DNA of 64,000 nt, from the NCBI GenBank assembly GCA_964352815.1, contig CAYGTO010000009.1, positions 5,012-69,011 of the forward strand, read 5' to 3'. The position numbers and the translations under genes were made by a program. Below the pieces are notes generated by a model. That model worked only from the letters and a program-made list of their open reading frames with translations, was not told the DNA's origin and searched no databases. Position 1 is the first letter of the stretch; each line of letters starts with the position of its first letter. Below are positions 21,768-31,644 of this stretch, piece by piece. The stretch is from an uncultured Azospirillaceae bacterium (GTDB taxonomy: Bacteria > Pseudomonadota > Alphaproteobacteria > Rickettsiales > UBA3002).

Positions 21768-22625
21768 ATGCAAGAAGACACACACGCACCGACGACACCG
21801 CGCATTAGGCATGTGCACCTTGTCTCTGATTCCACGGGAGAGACGGTGAGCAGTGTGTTCCGTGCGGCTATGGCTCAGTTTGAAGGCGCGGATGTGCAGG
21901 AACATATTTGGTCACTCGTGCGAAGCAATGCGCAATTAGAACGTGTATTTCAAGGGCTGGAAGAATCTCCAGGCGTGGTGATGTACACGTTAGTCGATAT
22001 GCAAATGCGCGCGCGAATCCGTAAGGAATGTCAAAAACGCCGCTTGCCGAGCATTCCTGTTTTAGGTCCGGTGATTCGTGAATTATCGAACTTTTTTGGC
22101 CAAGAAGCAACCAGCGAGCCAGGTACGCAGCACGGGATGAATGAAGATTATTTCAGCCGGGTGGATGCGATCGAATACGCTCTTGCGCATGATGATGGCC
22201 AGGGTCATTGGAATTTGGAAGAGGCCGATATTGTGATTGTAGGGCCTTCGCGCACCTCAAAATCACCGACCTGCGTTTATCTTGCGCATCGTGGTTATAA
22301 GGCAGCGAACGTTCCTTTCGTGAAAGAATGCCCGCTGCCGGATAATCTGCTAACGCTTAAATTGCCGACAGTGGTAGGGCTGACGGTAGATCCAGACCGC
22401 CTGATCCAAATCCGTCGGTCACGGCTCGATGCGCTCGAAGAGCAACGCGAGACGAATTATGTAAGCGATGATGCGGTCAGAGAAGAAATAGCGGAAGCAA
22501 GAAAGCTTTATCGCAAGCAAGGCTGGCCAGTCATTGATGTGTCGCGGCGCAGTGTAGAAGAGACTGCAGCCCTGATCATCCAATACCGAGAAAAACATAA
22601 AGACAGTCAAAAGAGAACGGGGTAG
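21768..22625 (+). CDS. Pyruvate, water/phosphate dikinase regulatory protein (DUF299 kinase/pyrophosphorylase)
   Basis: HLVSDSTGET, HDDG, GPSRTSKSP, DVSRRSVEETA. Confidence 0.9.
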   Translation: MQEDTHAPTTPRIRHVHLVSDSTGETVSSVFRAAMAQFEGADVQEHIWSLVRSNAQLERVFQGLEESPGVVMYTLVDMQMRARIRKECQKRRLPSIPVLGPVIRELSNFFGQEATSEPGTQHGMNEDYFSRVDAIEYALAHDDGQGHWNLEEADIVIVGPSRTSKSPTCVYLAHRGYKAANVPFVKECPLPDNLLTLKLPTVVGLTVDPDRLIQIRRSRLDALEEQRETNYVSDDAVREEIAEARKLYRKQGWPVIDVSRRSVEETAALIIQYREKHKDSQKRTG

Positions 22626-22627
22626 CC

Positions 22628-23572
22628 ATGCGGACGGTTTCAGGAAAGGCTAGCATTGCGGGAGTGATTGGAAACCCGGTGTCGCATTCATTGTCTCCAG
22701 CCCTACATAATTATTGGCTCAATAAATACGGCATTGATGGAATGTATATCCCGATTGAAATGCCGAGTGAGCCATTGTTGGAAATGACGCTGCGAACCCT
22801 CGCGATGAATGGCATTAAGGGGGTCAACATCACCCTGCCCTATAAAGAGAAGGCGCTGGAAGTGTGTGATTATGTAAGTGATACGGCGCGGGAAATTGGC
22901 GCAGTGAATACAATTATCATGCATAAAGAAGGACATTTAGCGGGCGATAATACGGATGCATATGGTTTCCGGCGAAATTTGTGGGGTGCGCGGGTCGACA
23001 TGGCGCCCTATTTCAAAAAGGCCGTCGTGCTAGGTGCGGGGGGAGCAGCAAAAGCAATCCTCTGTGCCCTGCGGGATGAGGGATGTGAAAAAGTAGTGAT
23101 CGCAAATAGGACCAGAGGGCGCGCAGAAGCATTGATCCGTGAAATTACAGGGGAGGCAGACATAGAAGAGGAGGCGGTTAATGGAGTCAATGCAACCCAC
23201 AATCCGATTACGCCGACTTTCTCGTTAGAGATGGACCAAAAAACCGAATTTGAGGTGGTAAAATGGTCAGAGAAAGAAGAGGCGCTTAAGGAGGCGACGC
23301 TGTTAATCAACACGACCAGCCTTGGCATGCTGTGGCAACCGCCCCTCGATATTGTGCTGACGAACTTGCCTAAGGAAGCAATGGTGACCGATTTGGTCTA
23401 TAACCCACTTGAGACCGGGTTACTTAAAATGGCAAAACAACTTGGGCATTTTACCGTCGATGGGTTAGGTATGTTGCTGCATCAAGCGGTTCCGGGGTTT
23501 ACCATTTGGTTTGACCATAAACCACAAGTGACCGAAGATCTGCGGTCATTTTTAGTGAATGCGATGCAGTAG
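22628..23572 (+). CDS. aroE: Shikimate dehydrogenase
   Basis: HSLSPALH, NITLPYKE, GAVNT, NTDAYGF, GAGGAA, DLVYNP. Confidence 0.93.
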   Translation: MRTVSGKASIAGVIGNPVSHSLSPALHNYWLNKYGIDGMYIPIEMPSEPLLEMTLRTLAMNGIKGVNITLPYKEKALEVCDYVSDTAREIGAVNTIIMHKEGHLAGDNTDAYGFRRNLWGARVDMAPYFKKAVVLGAGGAAKAILCALRDEGCEKVVIANRTRGRAEALIREITGEADIEEEAVNGVNATHNPITPTFSLEMDQKTEFEVVKWSEKEEALKEATLLINTTSLGMLWQPPLDIVLTNLPKEAMVTDLVYNPLETGLLKMAKQLGHFTVDGLGMLLHQAVPGFTIWFDHKPQVTEDLRSFLVNAMQ

Positions 23573-24193
23573 ATGAGACGGGTAGCGATTACAGGCCAGG
23601 TGGCAAGCGGGAAATCAACATTGCTCGAGCAGTTTAAGCGCTGTGGCGCGGTGACGTTTAGCGCCGACGCCACCGCACATACGTTAATGGCAAAAGACGG
23701 CGCGGCGGTTGACGCGATCTTAACGGCGTTTCCTAAGGCAAGAGCAAGCGATGGCGGCATTGATCGTGCGGCAATGCGTGATATTGTGTGGAATGAAAAA
23801 GATGGCGAAGACGCGCTGGACCAGCTTGAAGAAATTCTCCATCCGATGATTTATCAGAGCGAAATGAAAGCCTATCGAAAGGCTAAACGCACACATGGAA
23901 GGAGGAAGATTTTCGTCAGCGAAATCCCCCTGCTGTTTGAATCGGATTATCCCAAAGAGTATGATTATATTGTCGTTGCGTATGTGCCCCCCTCGCTTCA
24001 GCGCCAGCGCGTGCTGGCGCGAGAGGGGATGACAGAAATACATTATGAGCGCATCTTGGCGCGGCAAAGCGCTGTTGATGAGCAGATGCTGTGGGCAGAT
24101 GTGGCGATTGGCTCACATCAGGGCAAGCATGAGAGCATGCGCCAGGTGCAAGGAATTATGAAGGCAATGCGAGGGCGTCATGGGTATACGTGA
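23573..24193 (+). CDS. coaE: Dephospho-CoA kinase
   Basis: ITGQVASGKST P-loop, LEEILHP, EIPLLFE. Confidence 0.9.
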   Translation: MRRVAITGQVASGKSTLLEQFKRCGAVTFSADATAHTLMAKDGAAVDAILTAFPKARASDGGIDRAAMRDIVWNEKDGEDALDQLEEILHPMIYQSEMKAYRKAKRTHGRRKIFVSEIPLLFESDYPKEYDYIVVAYVPPSLQRQRVLAREGMTEIHYERILARQSAVDEQMLWADVAIGSHQGKHESMRQVQGIMKAMRGRHGYT

Positions 24194-24890
24194 AATTTCA
24201 CTTGATACGGAAACCACGGGGCTTGACCCCTATGCGGGGCACCGCGTGGTGGAGATTGGCTGCGTCGAAATGATCGACCATGTGCGCACGGAGAACCACT
24301 TCCACGTCTATTGTAACCCAGAGCGCGATATGCCGATGGAAGCAGAGCGAATTCATGGTATTTCGGCGGAGTTTCTCTCCGATAAGCCGCTGTTTAGAAC
24401 TATCGCGAAATCGCTTGTCGAGTTTTTAGGCGATTCGCCGTTGGTGATTCACAATGCGTCCTTTGATATGAAATTCCTGAATGCCGAGCTTGAGCGCGCA
24501 GGGTTTCCGCTGCTACCATCGGCCCGGGCGATTGATACGGTCACTCTGGCGCGCCGCATGTTCCCCGGCAGCCCGGCAAATTTGGATGCGCTTTGTAAGC
24601 GGTTTAATATCGATAATGCGCATCGGGTAAAACATGGTGCACTCTTAGATGCGGAGCTGCTCGCGGATGTGTATCTGGAGCTGAAGGGTGGCCGCCAGTC
24701 GAGCTTAGGGCTCCAGGCTGAAGGCTCTTCTAAAAAAGCAGGCGATCCTCATGCAGCGCCCATTAACGCTTTGCATGGTGATGCGGTGCCTCCCCGAACG
24801 TTCGCGCCAAGTGAAGATGAGCTACGTGCCCATAAGCAGCTGATTGATACGATCGACGGTGCGCTGTGGAAGCAGTTAGAAAGGGCGTAA
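24180..24890 (+). CDS. dnaQ: DNA polymerase III epsilon subunit
   Basis: LDTETTG, HNASFD, HGALLDAELL. Confidence 0.95.
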   Translation: MGIREISLDTETTGLDPYAGHRVVEIGCVEMIDHVRTENHFHVYCNPERDMPMEAERIHGISAEFLSDKPLFRTIAKSLVEFLGDSPLVIHNASFDMKFLNAELERAGFPLLPSARAIDTVTLARRMFPGSPANLDALCKRFNIDNAHRVKHGALLDAELLADVYLELKGGRQSSLGLQAEGSSKKAGDPHAAPINALHGDAVPPRTFAPSEDELRAHKQLIDTIDGALWKQLERA

Positions 24891-24891
24891 G

Positions 24892-25383
24892 TTACGCTTC
24901 AGCACCATCTTCCTTTTTCGCCGTTTGGATGTTCCCCTGGTTCTGGCGATACAGGCCGGCAAAATCAACCGGCTCCATGAGAAGCGGCGGGAAGCCACCA
25001 TCGCGCGTGCAATCCGCAATGACGCGGCGTGCAAATGGAAAGAGAAGGAATGCACAATCGACGAATAAGACGGGCTGCAATTGTTCTTCACTCAGGCCAA
25101 CGAGTTCGAAAAGGCCAGAATAAGTCAAATCACAAATAAAGAGTGTCTGTTTTTCTGCGACAGCGCGAATATGGATGGTGATGCCAAGCTCAAAGAGCGT
25201 ATCAGTGAGGCGCTCTGCGTTCAAATCGACATTCACGTCAATCTGTGGCGCTTCTTTCACTTCCATGAGGCTTGCAGGGGCACGCGGGTTCTCAAACGAA
25301 AGGTCTTTAATGAATTGGCCTCGCATCACGAGTGATGGGCCGTGTTCTGCAGAAGCGGGGGCTGCGGTGTCTTCCGAGGTCAT
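24892..25383 (-). CDS. secB: Protein-export chaperone SecB
   Basis: QFIKDLSFENP, LLFPFAR, GGFPPL..PVDF. Confidence 0.93.
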   Translation of the reverse strand: MTSEDTAAPASAEHGPSLVMRGQFIKDLSFENPRAPASLMEVKEAPQIDVNVDLNAERLTDTLFELGITIHIRAVAEKQTLFICDLTYSGLFELVGLSEEQLQPVLFVDCAFLLFPFARRVIADCTRDGGFPPLLMEPVDFAGLYRQNQGNIQTAKKEDGAEA

Positions 25384-25509
25384 AGGGTCTCCTTATTCAT
25401 GTCATTGATGGGCCCTATATACCAAAAAATCCCTTGATGGCTAGAAAAATCCTGTCACAGTACCTTGTAGGTCAGGGAACCTGCCTTACCTGTAGAGAAA
25501 AGGACGAGT

Positions 25510-26184
25510 ATGGAACAAGCCATCCCCTACGGCGACATTATTGTGATTGCAGCAATTGCGGCGTTTATCATTCTGCGATACCGGGCGACGCTTGGCCAAA
25601 ACTCAGGATTTGATGTGAAGCGCGATGCGCAAGAAAAACGTAACGAGCAGAATCAGCCGAAAGTGCTCGATATTCCGGTGGCAAAACCGGTGCATCGTCC
25701 GCAAGAAGCGAAGCCAAGCACTGATTTGGCGAAAGAGTTTGAAGCCTATGAAGGTGACTATAAGAAAATGATGGCGTTGGACCCAAGCTTTTCGTTTGAA
25801 GGGTTCCTCTCTGGTGCGAAGGCCGCATTTGAAATGGTGCTGAAGGGCTTCAATGAAAAGGATGTAAAAACACTCAAAATGCTGCTCGCGAAGGATGTGT
25901 TTGACGATTTCAAAGAGGCCATCGATGCGCAGAAAGAGAAGGGCCTCACGCAGGAAACCACTCTGGTCGGGATTCACTCTGCCGATGTCACGGATGTGCA
26001 GATGAAGAAAAGCAAAGCCGAGATTACGGTTCAGTTTAGCTCAGAGCAGATTAATGTGATCAAGAATGACGATGATGAGGTGGTCGAAGGTGATAAAAGC
26101 CGGATCGTGACCGTGGAGGATGAGTGGACGTTTGAGCGTGACCTTTCCAGCCAAAACCCAAATTGGACCATTGTGAATACGTGA
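25510..26184 (+). CDS. Tim44/TimA family membrane protein
   Basis: N-terminal hydrophobic segment; FLSGAKAAFEM and DEWTFER..SQNPNW motifs; divergent from secB. Confidence 0.88.
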   Translation: MEQAIPYGDIIVIAAIAAFIILRYRATLGQNSGFDVKRDAQEKRNEQNQPKVLDIPVAKPVHRPQEAKPSTDLAKEFEAYEGDYKKMMALDPSFSFEGFLSGAKAAFEMVLKGFNEKDVKTLKMLLAKDVFDDFKEAIDAQKEKGLTQETTLVGIHSADVTDVQMKKSKAEITVQFSSEQINVIKNDDDEVVEGDKSRIVTVEDEWTFERDLSSQNPNWTIVNT

Positions 26185-27248
26185 GACGCATTTTCTCTCT
26201 TTTCCTGCTCGCCCTGTGGTCATGTACGACAGCGGTGCATGCGGGGAATCAGCCCATTACATTCGAAGAAATAGAAGGATGGGGCAGCCCTAATGTTGAT
26301 TATGTCGGTGCGTTTCGCGCATTTATGAAGCAATGTGAGAAGGGCGCGCTGCCTGATGCGTCATGGCAAGAGGCATGCGATGCGGCGATAAAGGAAAGCA
26401 CCATTCAACACCTCACGCCGCATCTCGCCCAGAAAGCCCGCAAAGGTTTTTTCGAGTCGGAGTTTTCAGCCATCGTGTCAACAAAAGAAGCGGGTGAAGA
26501 TGGTTTTGTCACTGGCTACTTTATTCCCACCATTGATGCGCGGCTCGAGCCCGATGACACCTACCGTTATCCGCTGTATGCTTTGCCCAATGACCCAACC
26601 CGCCATGGCCGTGAAGCAATTGATTCTGGGGCATTAAAGAATAAGGGCCTTGAGATTGCATGGCTTGCTGACCCGGTGGCCAGGTTCTTTTTGCATATAC
26701 AAGGCTCGGGGCTGCTGCGCCTCGCTGATGGTTCGCTCAGGCAGGCGGCCTTTGCAGGAACGAATGAGAAGCCGTATCTTGCTATTGGAAAGGTTCTAAT
26801 TGAGCGCGGTATCATCCCCAAAGAAGAAATGTCATACCACCGGCTTAAGGAGTGGCTTGAAGCGCATCCGGGCCAAGCAGAAGAGGTGATGCAGCAAAAT
26901 GCACGCTATGTGTTTTTTAAGTTGAAAGCAGGGGCAGAAATTAAAGGCGCAGCGAATGTTCTGTTAACACCGAAACACTCGTTAGCGGTTGATCCGAAAT
27001 GGCTTGGGTATGGGACGCCAGTATTTTTGTCGGTTCAGAATGATTCGGCGGGTAGTGTGTTAGAAAATATGCAGATTGATCCGTATTATTTTGTCATCGC
27101 GCAAGATACGGGTGCGGCGATTCGCGGACCTGCCCGTGGTGATATCTATATGGGTGCTGGCGAGGCTGCGGAAAGAGCGGCGGGATATCTTCAGCATGAT
27201 GCGAAATGGGTGATTCTGAAACCTAAGGGAGCCACTCGTGAGCGATGA
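26181..27248 (+). CDS. mltA: Membrane-bound lytic murein transglycosylase A
   Basis: VTGYF.P, FFLHIQGSG, SLAVD, AQDTGAAIRG..RGDIY; GTG start overlapping the Tim44 stop. Confidence 0.88.
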   Translation: MRRIFSLFLLALWSCTTAVHAGNQPITFEEIEGWGSPNVDYVGAFRAFMKQCEKGALPDASWQEACDAAIKESTIQHLTPHLAQKARKGFFESEFSAIVSTKEAGEDGFVTGYFIPTIDARLEPDDTYRYPLYALPNDPTRHGREAIDSGALKNKGLEIAWLADPVARFFLHIQGSGLLRLADGSLRQAAFAGTNEKPYLAIGKVLIERGIIPKEEMSYHRLKEWLEAHPGQAEEVMQQNARYVFFKLKAGAEIKGAANVLLTPKHSLAVDPKWLGYGTPVFLSVQNDSAGSVLENMQIDPYYFVIAQDTGAAIRGPARGDIYMGAGEAAERAAGYLQHDAKWVILKPKGATRER

Positions 27249-27783
27249 TGATGTAGAAGCATGGCGCGCGTTAACCGAGAGCGTCGATGGGGCTGAAGAA
27301 GAAACACCATTCGCTGAACTGTTTGAGGCGCCTGAAGCAACGCCCGCGAAGGCCGCTAAGCCAAAGACGGCGCCACGAGCGGAAGAGGCGATACAACCAA
27401 TGGTCACTAAGGCTAGCCCGCCGAAGCTGCTGGTGGTCAACCGGATTGACGGTGTGAATCGACGAGACGCAGACCGGTTAAAGCGAGGCATGCTGCCTAT
27501 TGATCGCACGGTGGATATGCATGGGCTGAACCGCGTGGAAGCGTACGATCTTTTGCTAGAGGCCATTGAGCACGCCGTGCATCGAGAGCAGCGCGTCTTG
27601 TGTGTCGTGACAGGCAAGGGAACACGCAGCGCTGAAGGCCGGCCCGTGCTTAAAGAGGCGCTGGCTGAGTGGATTAATGAGCCCGCACTGCGGCCCCATC
27701 TGCTTGCTTGTGTGAGCGCGCGTCCGAAGGATGGCGGTGAGGGTGCATTTTATCTGTTGTTAAAACGCCAGCGAAGCGTGTAA
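27238..27783 (+). CDS. Smr/MutS2 domain protein
   Basis: VDMHG, VVTGKG, DGGEGAFYLLL. Confidence 0.88.
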   Translation: MSDDDVEAWRALTESVDGAEEETPFAELFEAPEATPAKAAKPKTAPRAEEAIQPMVTKASPPKLLVVNRIDGVNRRDADRLKRGMLPIDRTVDMHGLNRVEAYDLLLEAIEHAVHREQRVLCVVTGKGTRSAEGRPVLKEALAEWINEPALRPHLLACVSARPKDGGEGAFYLLLKRQRSV

Positions 27784-27792
27784 AAGCAACCT

Positions 27793-29118
27793 ATGTCGAA
27801 ATTGTGCCTCAGAGATTGTTTGCCGAAAAGCCTGTTTGCCCGTGCGGCACTTATTTTGCTCGTACCAATGGTGCTCGTACAGCTGGTCGTGGCGACTATT
27901 TTCTTCGATCGCCACTGGGAACAAATTTCGCGCCACATGTCTGCGTCACTTGCTTCGGAGATGGGGTATGTGATTGCGCGCTATATCGAGAATCCGACCG
28001 AGGTGGGGCTTCGGGATGCCCAACATGCGGCGCGCGCGATGGGCATTGATGTGGCGCTCGAACCTAATCGTGAAGCAGCACTTGAGGGACGCCAAGGCGA
28101 GGATGTTTTCCCCCAATTTTACACGCAGTTGCGCAGCCGCCTCGCGGAACCTTTCCTGATTGAGGATAAGGGGCGAGAAGTGCATCTCTATGTGCAGGCG
28201 GAACAAGGGGTGCTGCATCTATCGACCACACGGAAGCGACTCGTGAGCGTAACGACAACGGTGTTCGCAATTACCATGATCGCTGCGTCGGCCATATTTG
28301 TGACGATTGCGTTGATTTTCCTGCGGAACCAAATCATGCCGATCAAGCAGCTTGCCAAGGCGGCGGATCGTTTCGGCCGTGGGCAAGATATCCCACATTA
28401 TCGCCCGCGTGGTGCGCGTGAAGTGCGCCAAGCGGGTCAAGCTTTCTTGACCATGCGTGACCGCATCCAACGGCAAATTCAAGGGCGTACGGACATGTTG
28501 GTTGGCATCTCGCACGATCTGCGCGCACCGCTGGCGCGGCTCAAGCTCGAACTCGCTATGAAAGATAAAAACCCGACCATGGCAGAGGAGATGCAAAAGG
28601 AAATCGAGCAGCTTGAGCACATGATTCACGAATATCTGCTTTTTGCGAAGGGAAGCCATCAAGAGAAGGGCGAAGAAGTGCGGCTGGCGCCGTTTGTTCG
28701 AGGCATTGTTGATAGCTACCGCCGCAACCAAGAGCCTGTGGATGTCGGTGAGGTGGCGTCTGTGTCCCTGACCTTGCGTCCGCATGCGCTGCGCCGCGCG
28801 ATACAAAATTTGATTGATAATGCGCTACGGTACGGAGCGTCTGCAACAGTTCAAAGTCACGATTCACCAACTGAAATTGTGATTCAGATTGAAGATAAAG
28901 GACCTGGTATTGCCGAAGCAGATATAGAGCGCGCGATGCACCCCTTTGTTCGTTTGGACCAAGGGGAGGAAAGTCATCAAGGCGTTGGTCTAGGGCTGAC
29001 CATTGCGCGAGATATTGTCCATAGCCATGGCGGCACGCTTGTTCTGGAGAATGTGAAGCATGAGAGTGAAATCTCGGGGCTTCGGGCGGTGATCACGTTG
29101 CCGAAGCAAACCCACTAA
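27793..29118 (+). CDS. EnvZ-like sensor histidine kinase
   Basis: ISHDLRAPL, NLIDNALRY, DKGPGI, GVGLGL; two hydrophobic segments and a HAMP-like region. Confidence 0.88.
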   Translation: MSKLCLRDCLPKSLFARAALILLVPMVLVQLVVATIFFDRHWEQISRHMSASLASEMGYVIARYIENPTEVGLRDAQHAARAMGIDVALEPNREAALEGRQGEDVFPQFYTQLRSRLAEPFLIEDKGREVHLYVQAEQGVLHLSTTRKRLVSVTTTVFAITMIAASAIFVTIALIFLRNQIMPIKQLAKAADRFGRGQDIPHYRPRGAREVRQAGQAFLTMRDRIQRQIQGRTDMLVGISHDLRAPLARLKLELAMKDKNPTMAEEMQKEIEQLEHMIHEYLLFAKGSHQEKGEEVRLAPFVRGIVDSYRRNQEPVDVGEVASVSLTLRPHALRRAIQNLIDNALRYGASATVQSHDSPTEIVIQIEDKGPGIAEADIERAMHPFVRLDQGEESHQGVGLGLTIARDIVHSHGGTLVLENVKHESEISGLRAVITLPKQTH

Positions 29119-29143
29119 ATTGGTGTCGTAGGGTTAAGCGAAT

Positions 29144-29173
29144 AAAAAAAGGGCGCGCACTGCACGCCCTTTT
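29144..29173. terminator. Bidirectional rho-independent terminator
   Basis: AAAAAAAGGGCG-cgcactgca-CGCCCTTTT between convergent genes. Confidence 0.75.
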
Positions 29174-29193
29174 CATTTCAATGTACGAAATGA

Positions 29194-29604
29194 CTAAGCG
29201 GACATTTTGCTCATTTGATTGATGCTGTTTGCCATTTGGCGATTCATCATATCGATCACTTCGAAGCTAGATTTCGAACACATTTCAGAAATTTCACGCA
29301 TATTTGAAAGCGATGATTCGAAAATTTCTTTCGCCGCATCGGCTTGTTTCGCCATGCTGAGCTCTGGCGATCCGCTTGACATCATGTCGCGGCTCATTTC
29401 AAGAACGCGCTCAATGTTTTCGCGAGCGATTTCTGCCTGACGCTGTGAAATTGCTTTCGCATTTTCAGCCAGCGCTTGATTCATCGCTGATGCTGCTTCT
29501 GTATTGTTCTGAATTACAGTGAATGCTTGATGGTAGTCAAAGTTCGGTGCTTTGAAATCAGAAAACATTTTTGTAAAATCTGCGTATGGGTTAGCCGATG
29601 CCAT
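29194..29604 (-). CDS. Phasin family protein
   Basis: Helical small protein with N.EA...NQ...E..KAI..RQAE pattern and SSFEVI; PhaR-type boxes upstream. Confidence 0.8.
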   Translation of the reverse strand: MASANPYADFTKMFSDFKAPNFDYHQAFTVIQNNTEAASAMNQALAENAKAISQRQAEIARENIERVLEMSRDMMSSGSPELSMAKQADAAKEIFESSLSNMREISEMCSKSSFEVIDMMNRQMANSINQMSKMSA

Positions 29605-29649
29605 TCTTTCTCTCCATTGTTTATTTATCTCTGTACAAATAGCTTTGTA

Positions 29650-29769
29650 TGCGATGCACCTTTACACATAGAAGGGAGGGCGTCAAGCTTTTTGTGCAAT
29701 GCACAATTACAGGGGCAGACTGTAGAAAGGGCTATTTGGATAAATCCTGAGATTTGTGCGCTGCAGCAA
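29650..29769. promoter_or_regulatory. PhaR/AniA-like boxes upstream of the phasin
   Basis: TGCGATGCA (29650), palindrome TTGTGCA-A-TGCACAA (29692-29706), TTGTGCGCTGCAGCAA (29754). Confidence 0.6.
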
Positions 29770-30550
29770 TCAGCGCCTCTTTCATTAGTCCTGTTAAGCG
29801 CCCTTCTTGCATGAGCACGGAGAGTGCGGCTTCCGTCGTGCCTCCAGGGCTCGTTACCTGTTCTCGAAGCTCTGCTGCAGAGGCGTTGTCTTGACTAAGC
29901 AACAGGCTAGATCCTTTCAGCATTTGCTGTGTTAAGGCGGTGGCAAGCGGCTTGGGTAAGCCAAGCGAAATACCCGCTGTTGTGAGGGCCTCTGAGAAGT
30001 GAAAGAGATAGGCCGGGCCGCTACCAGACAATGCGGTCACGGCATGCATGAGTGCCTCATCTTCAAGCCAAAAAGCTTCTCCCGCATGTGCGAAGAGCGC
30101 ACAAATGGTTTCCTGATCTTGAGGCGACACTGTTGCATTGCCACAACACACGCTGGCCCCTTCGCCGATGATGGCGGGGGTGTTGGGCATGACTCGCGCC
30201 ACGCGTGCACCAGGAAAGTCAAGCAACGTTTCTATCGTGCCTAAAGACGTTCCTGCCATAATTGATATCACCAATGCATCGGGTGCGTGCGCTTGGTATT
30301 GAGGGATTAATGAATCTGCATGCTGGGGCTTGACTGCGAAGAGTAACGCGTCACTGGGCGGCACGGCATCGCTAATGGCTTGGTGGCAATAAATATGACT
30401 CCCTAATGCATGAATCTCATCATGGTATGTTTCGTCTGGCTCAATAATGTGAAACGCTTTGGCGACATCATGGGCCGCCCAACGTGTCAGCAGTGCGCGG
30501 CCCATTCGCCCGCAGCCCACCATCATGAATGTGTTAAATAATGCCATCAT
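29732..30550 (-). CDS. proC: Pyrroline-5-carboxylate reductase
   Basis: GCGRMG, RVMPNTP, ALSGSGPAY, VTSPGGTT. Confidence 0.93.
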   Translation of the reverse strand: MMALFNTFMMVGCGRMGRALLTRWAAHDVAKAFHIIEPDETYHDEIHALGSHIYCHQAISDAVPPSDALLFAVKPQHADSLIPQYQAHAPDALVISIMAGTSLGTIETLLDFPGARVARVMPNTPAIIGEGASVCCGNATVSPQDQETICALFAHAGEAFWLEDEALMHAVTALSGSGPAYLFHFSEALTTAGISLGLPKPLATALTQQMLKGSSLLLSQDNASAAELREQVTSPGGTTEAALSVLMQEGRLTGLMKEALIAAAHKSQDLSK

Positions 30551-30608
30551 TCTCCCCGTGTGTCTTGTTTACACGAGAGAGGTCTGTGTGAACAGAAAGA
30601 ATTGTAAC

Positions 30609-31109
30609 TTACGCTTCGCCGATTGGATCCATCAGGGCAATGTCGACCGCTTCTTTGATGGTCTTACCGCCCCACATCACCGATTGGAAGGCAGGGTAAA
30701 AGCGGTCACATTCAACCACCGCAATATCCATTAAATCCTCCAACTGTTGATCGGTTGCACCCTGCGTGCCGCGCAGGAGTAGCGCGTGACGGAAGGTAAT
30801 GAGGCCCTCGTCGGAACAGACATCAAAATGACCAAGCCAGAGTTTTTCGTTAATTTCTGCTAATAGCGGATACAGTGCGGCGCGATGCCGGTCAGGAATT
30901 TTTGTGTCAAACGCACATGAGAAAATCAGCACACCGAGCTCTTGCTGCCAGGTAAACCATATCCGATAATTGCACCAACCACTAGTGACTTCGGCGATAA
31001 GCTCTTCATCGACAGGGCGGTCACAAAGCCAATCACGGTCCATGATGAGCTGCTCAGCAGTGTCGATTGGGTTGAGAATAGATGAGGGGGAAACAAACGA
31101 AGTAGACAT
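30609..31109 (-). CDS. YbjN domain protein
   Basis: NPIDTAEQ, INEKLWLGHFD, CDRFYPAFQ; ubiK-ybjN-proC order typical of alphaproteobacteria. Confidence 0.85.
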   Translation of the reverse strand: MSTSFVSPSSILNPIDTAEQLIMDRDWLCDRPVDEELIAEVTSGWCNYRIWFTWQQELGVLIFSCAFDTKIPDRHRAALYPLLAEINEKLWLGHFDVCSDEGLITFRHALLLRGTQGATDQQLEDLMDIAVVECDRFYPAFQSVMWGGKTIKEAVDIALMDPIGEA

Positions 31110-31252
31110 GGCCGCTCCTTTTAGGTTGGTGGCTGCGCATGCTTACCGAAAAAATTGCTATTCTTCTAAGCACAGTTAATCATATGCGGTGATAGAAATC
31201 TACTGCATTTAGATGCAGGCGCACAAAAAACGCAAAATGTGGTGGTGTGTGG

Positions 31253-31519
31253 CTACTTTTTGTTGGCTTTTCCGCTCGCGCTTTTCGTCTCTAGCGCCTC
31301 GAGCCGTGCTTTCAGCGCTTCATTCTCTTCCCGGGCTTTGGTGGCCATGGTTTTCACGGCCTCAAATTCATCGCGGCGCACCAGATGCATGTTGGAAAGC
31401 ATGCGCTCACACGCTCCGCGTGCGATGGCGTCCATTTCGCCTTTGAGGTCGCCCAGGCTAGAAGCCGCACCTGAAGCGACTTTCGCCATATCATCGAAAA
31501 AGGTAGATTTATGCTGCAT
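31253..31519 (-). CDS. ubiK: UbiK/BMFP accessory factor
   Basis: FFDDMAK, LVRRDEFEAV..MA.KAREENE.L.ARL..LE. Confidence 0.85.
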   Translation of the reverse strand: MQHKSTFFDDMAKVASGAASSLGDLKGEMDAIARGACERMLSNMHLVRRDEFEAVKTMATKAREENEALKARLEALETKSASGKANKK

Positions 31520-31644
31520 ATGCTCTCTCCGAAGCTAAGTTTTGTCTTAAAAATCAAGCGATTTTAGCGCTAGAAGTCTGCCTATACATATGGTACAAAC
31601 ATAGGAGATTACAATAAAAATATGACAAAAACAGGTGAGGTTTC

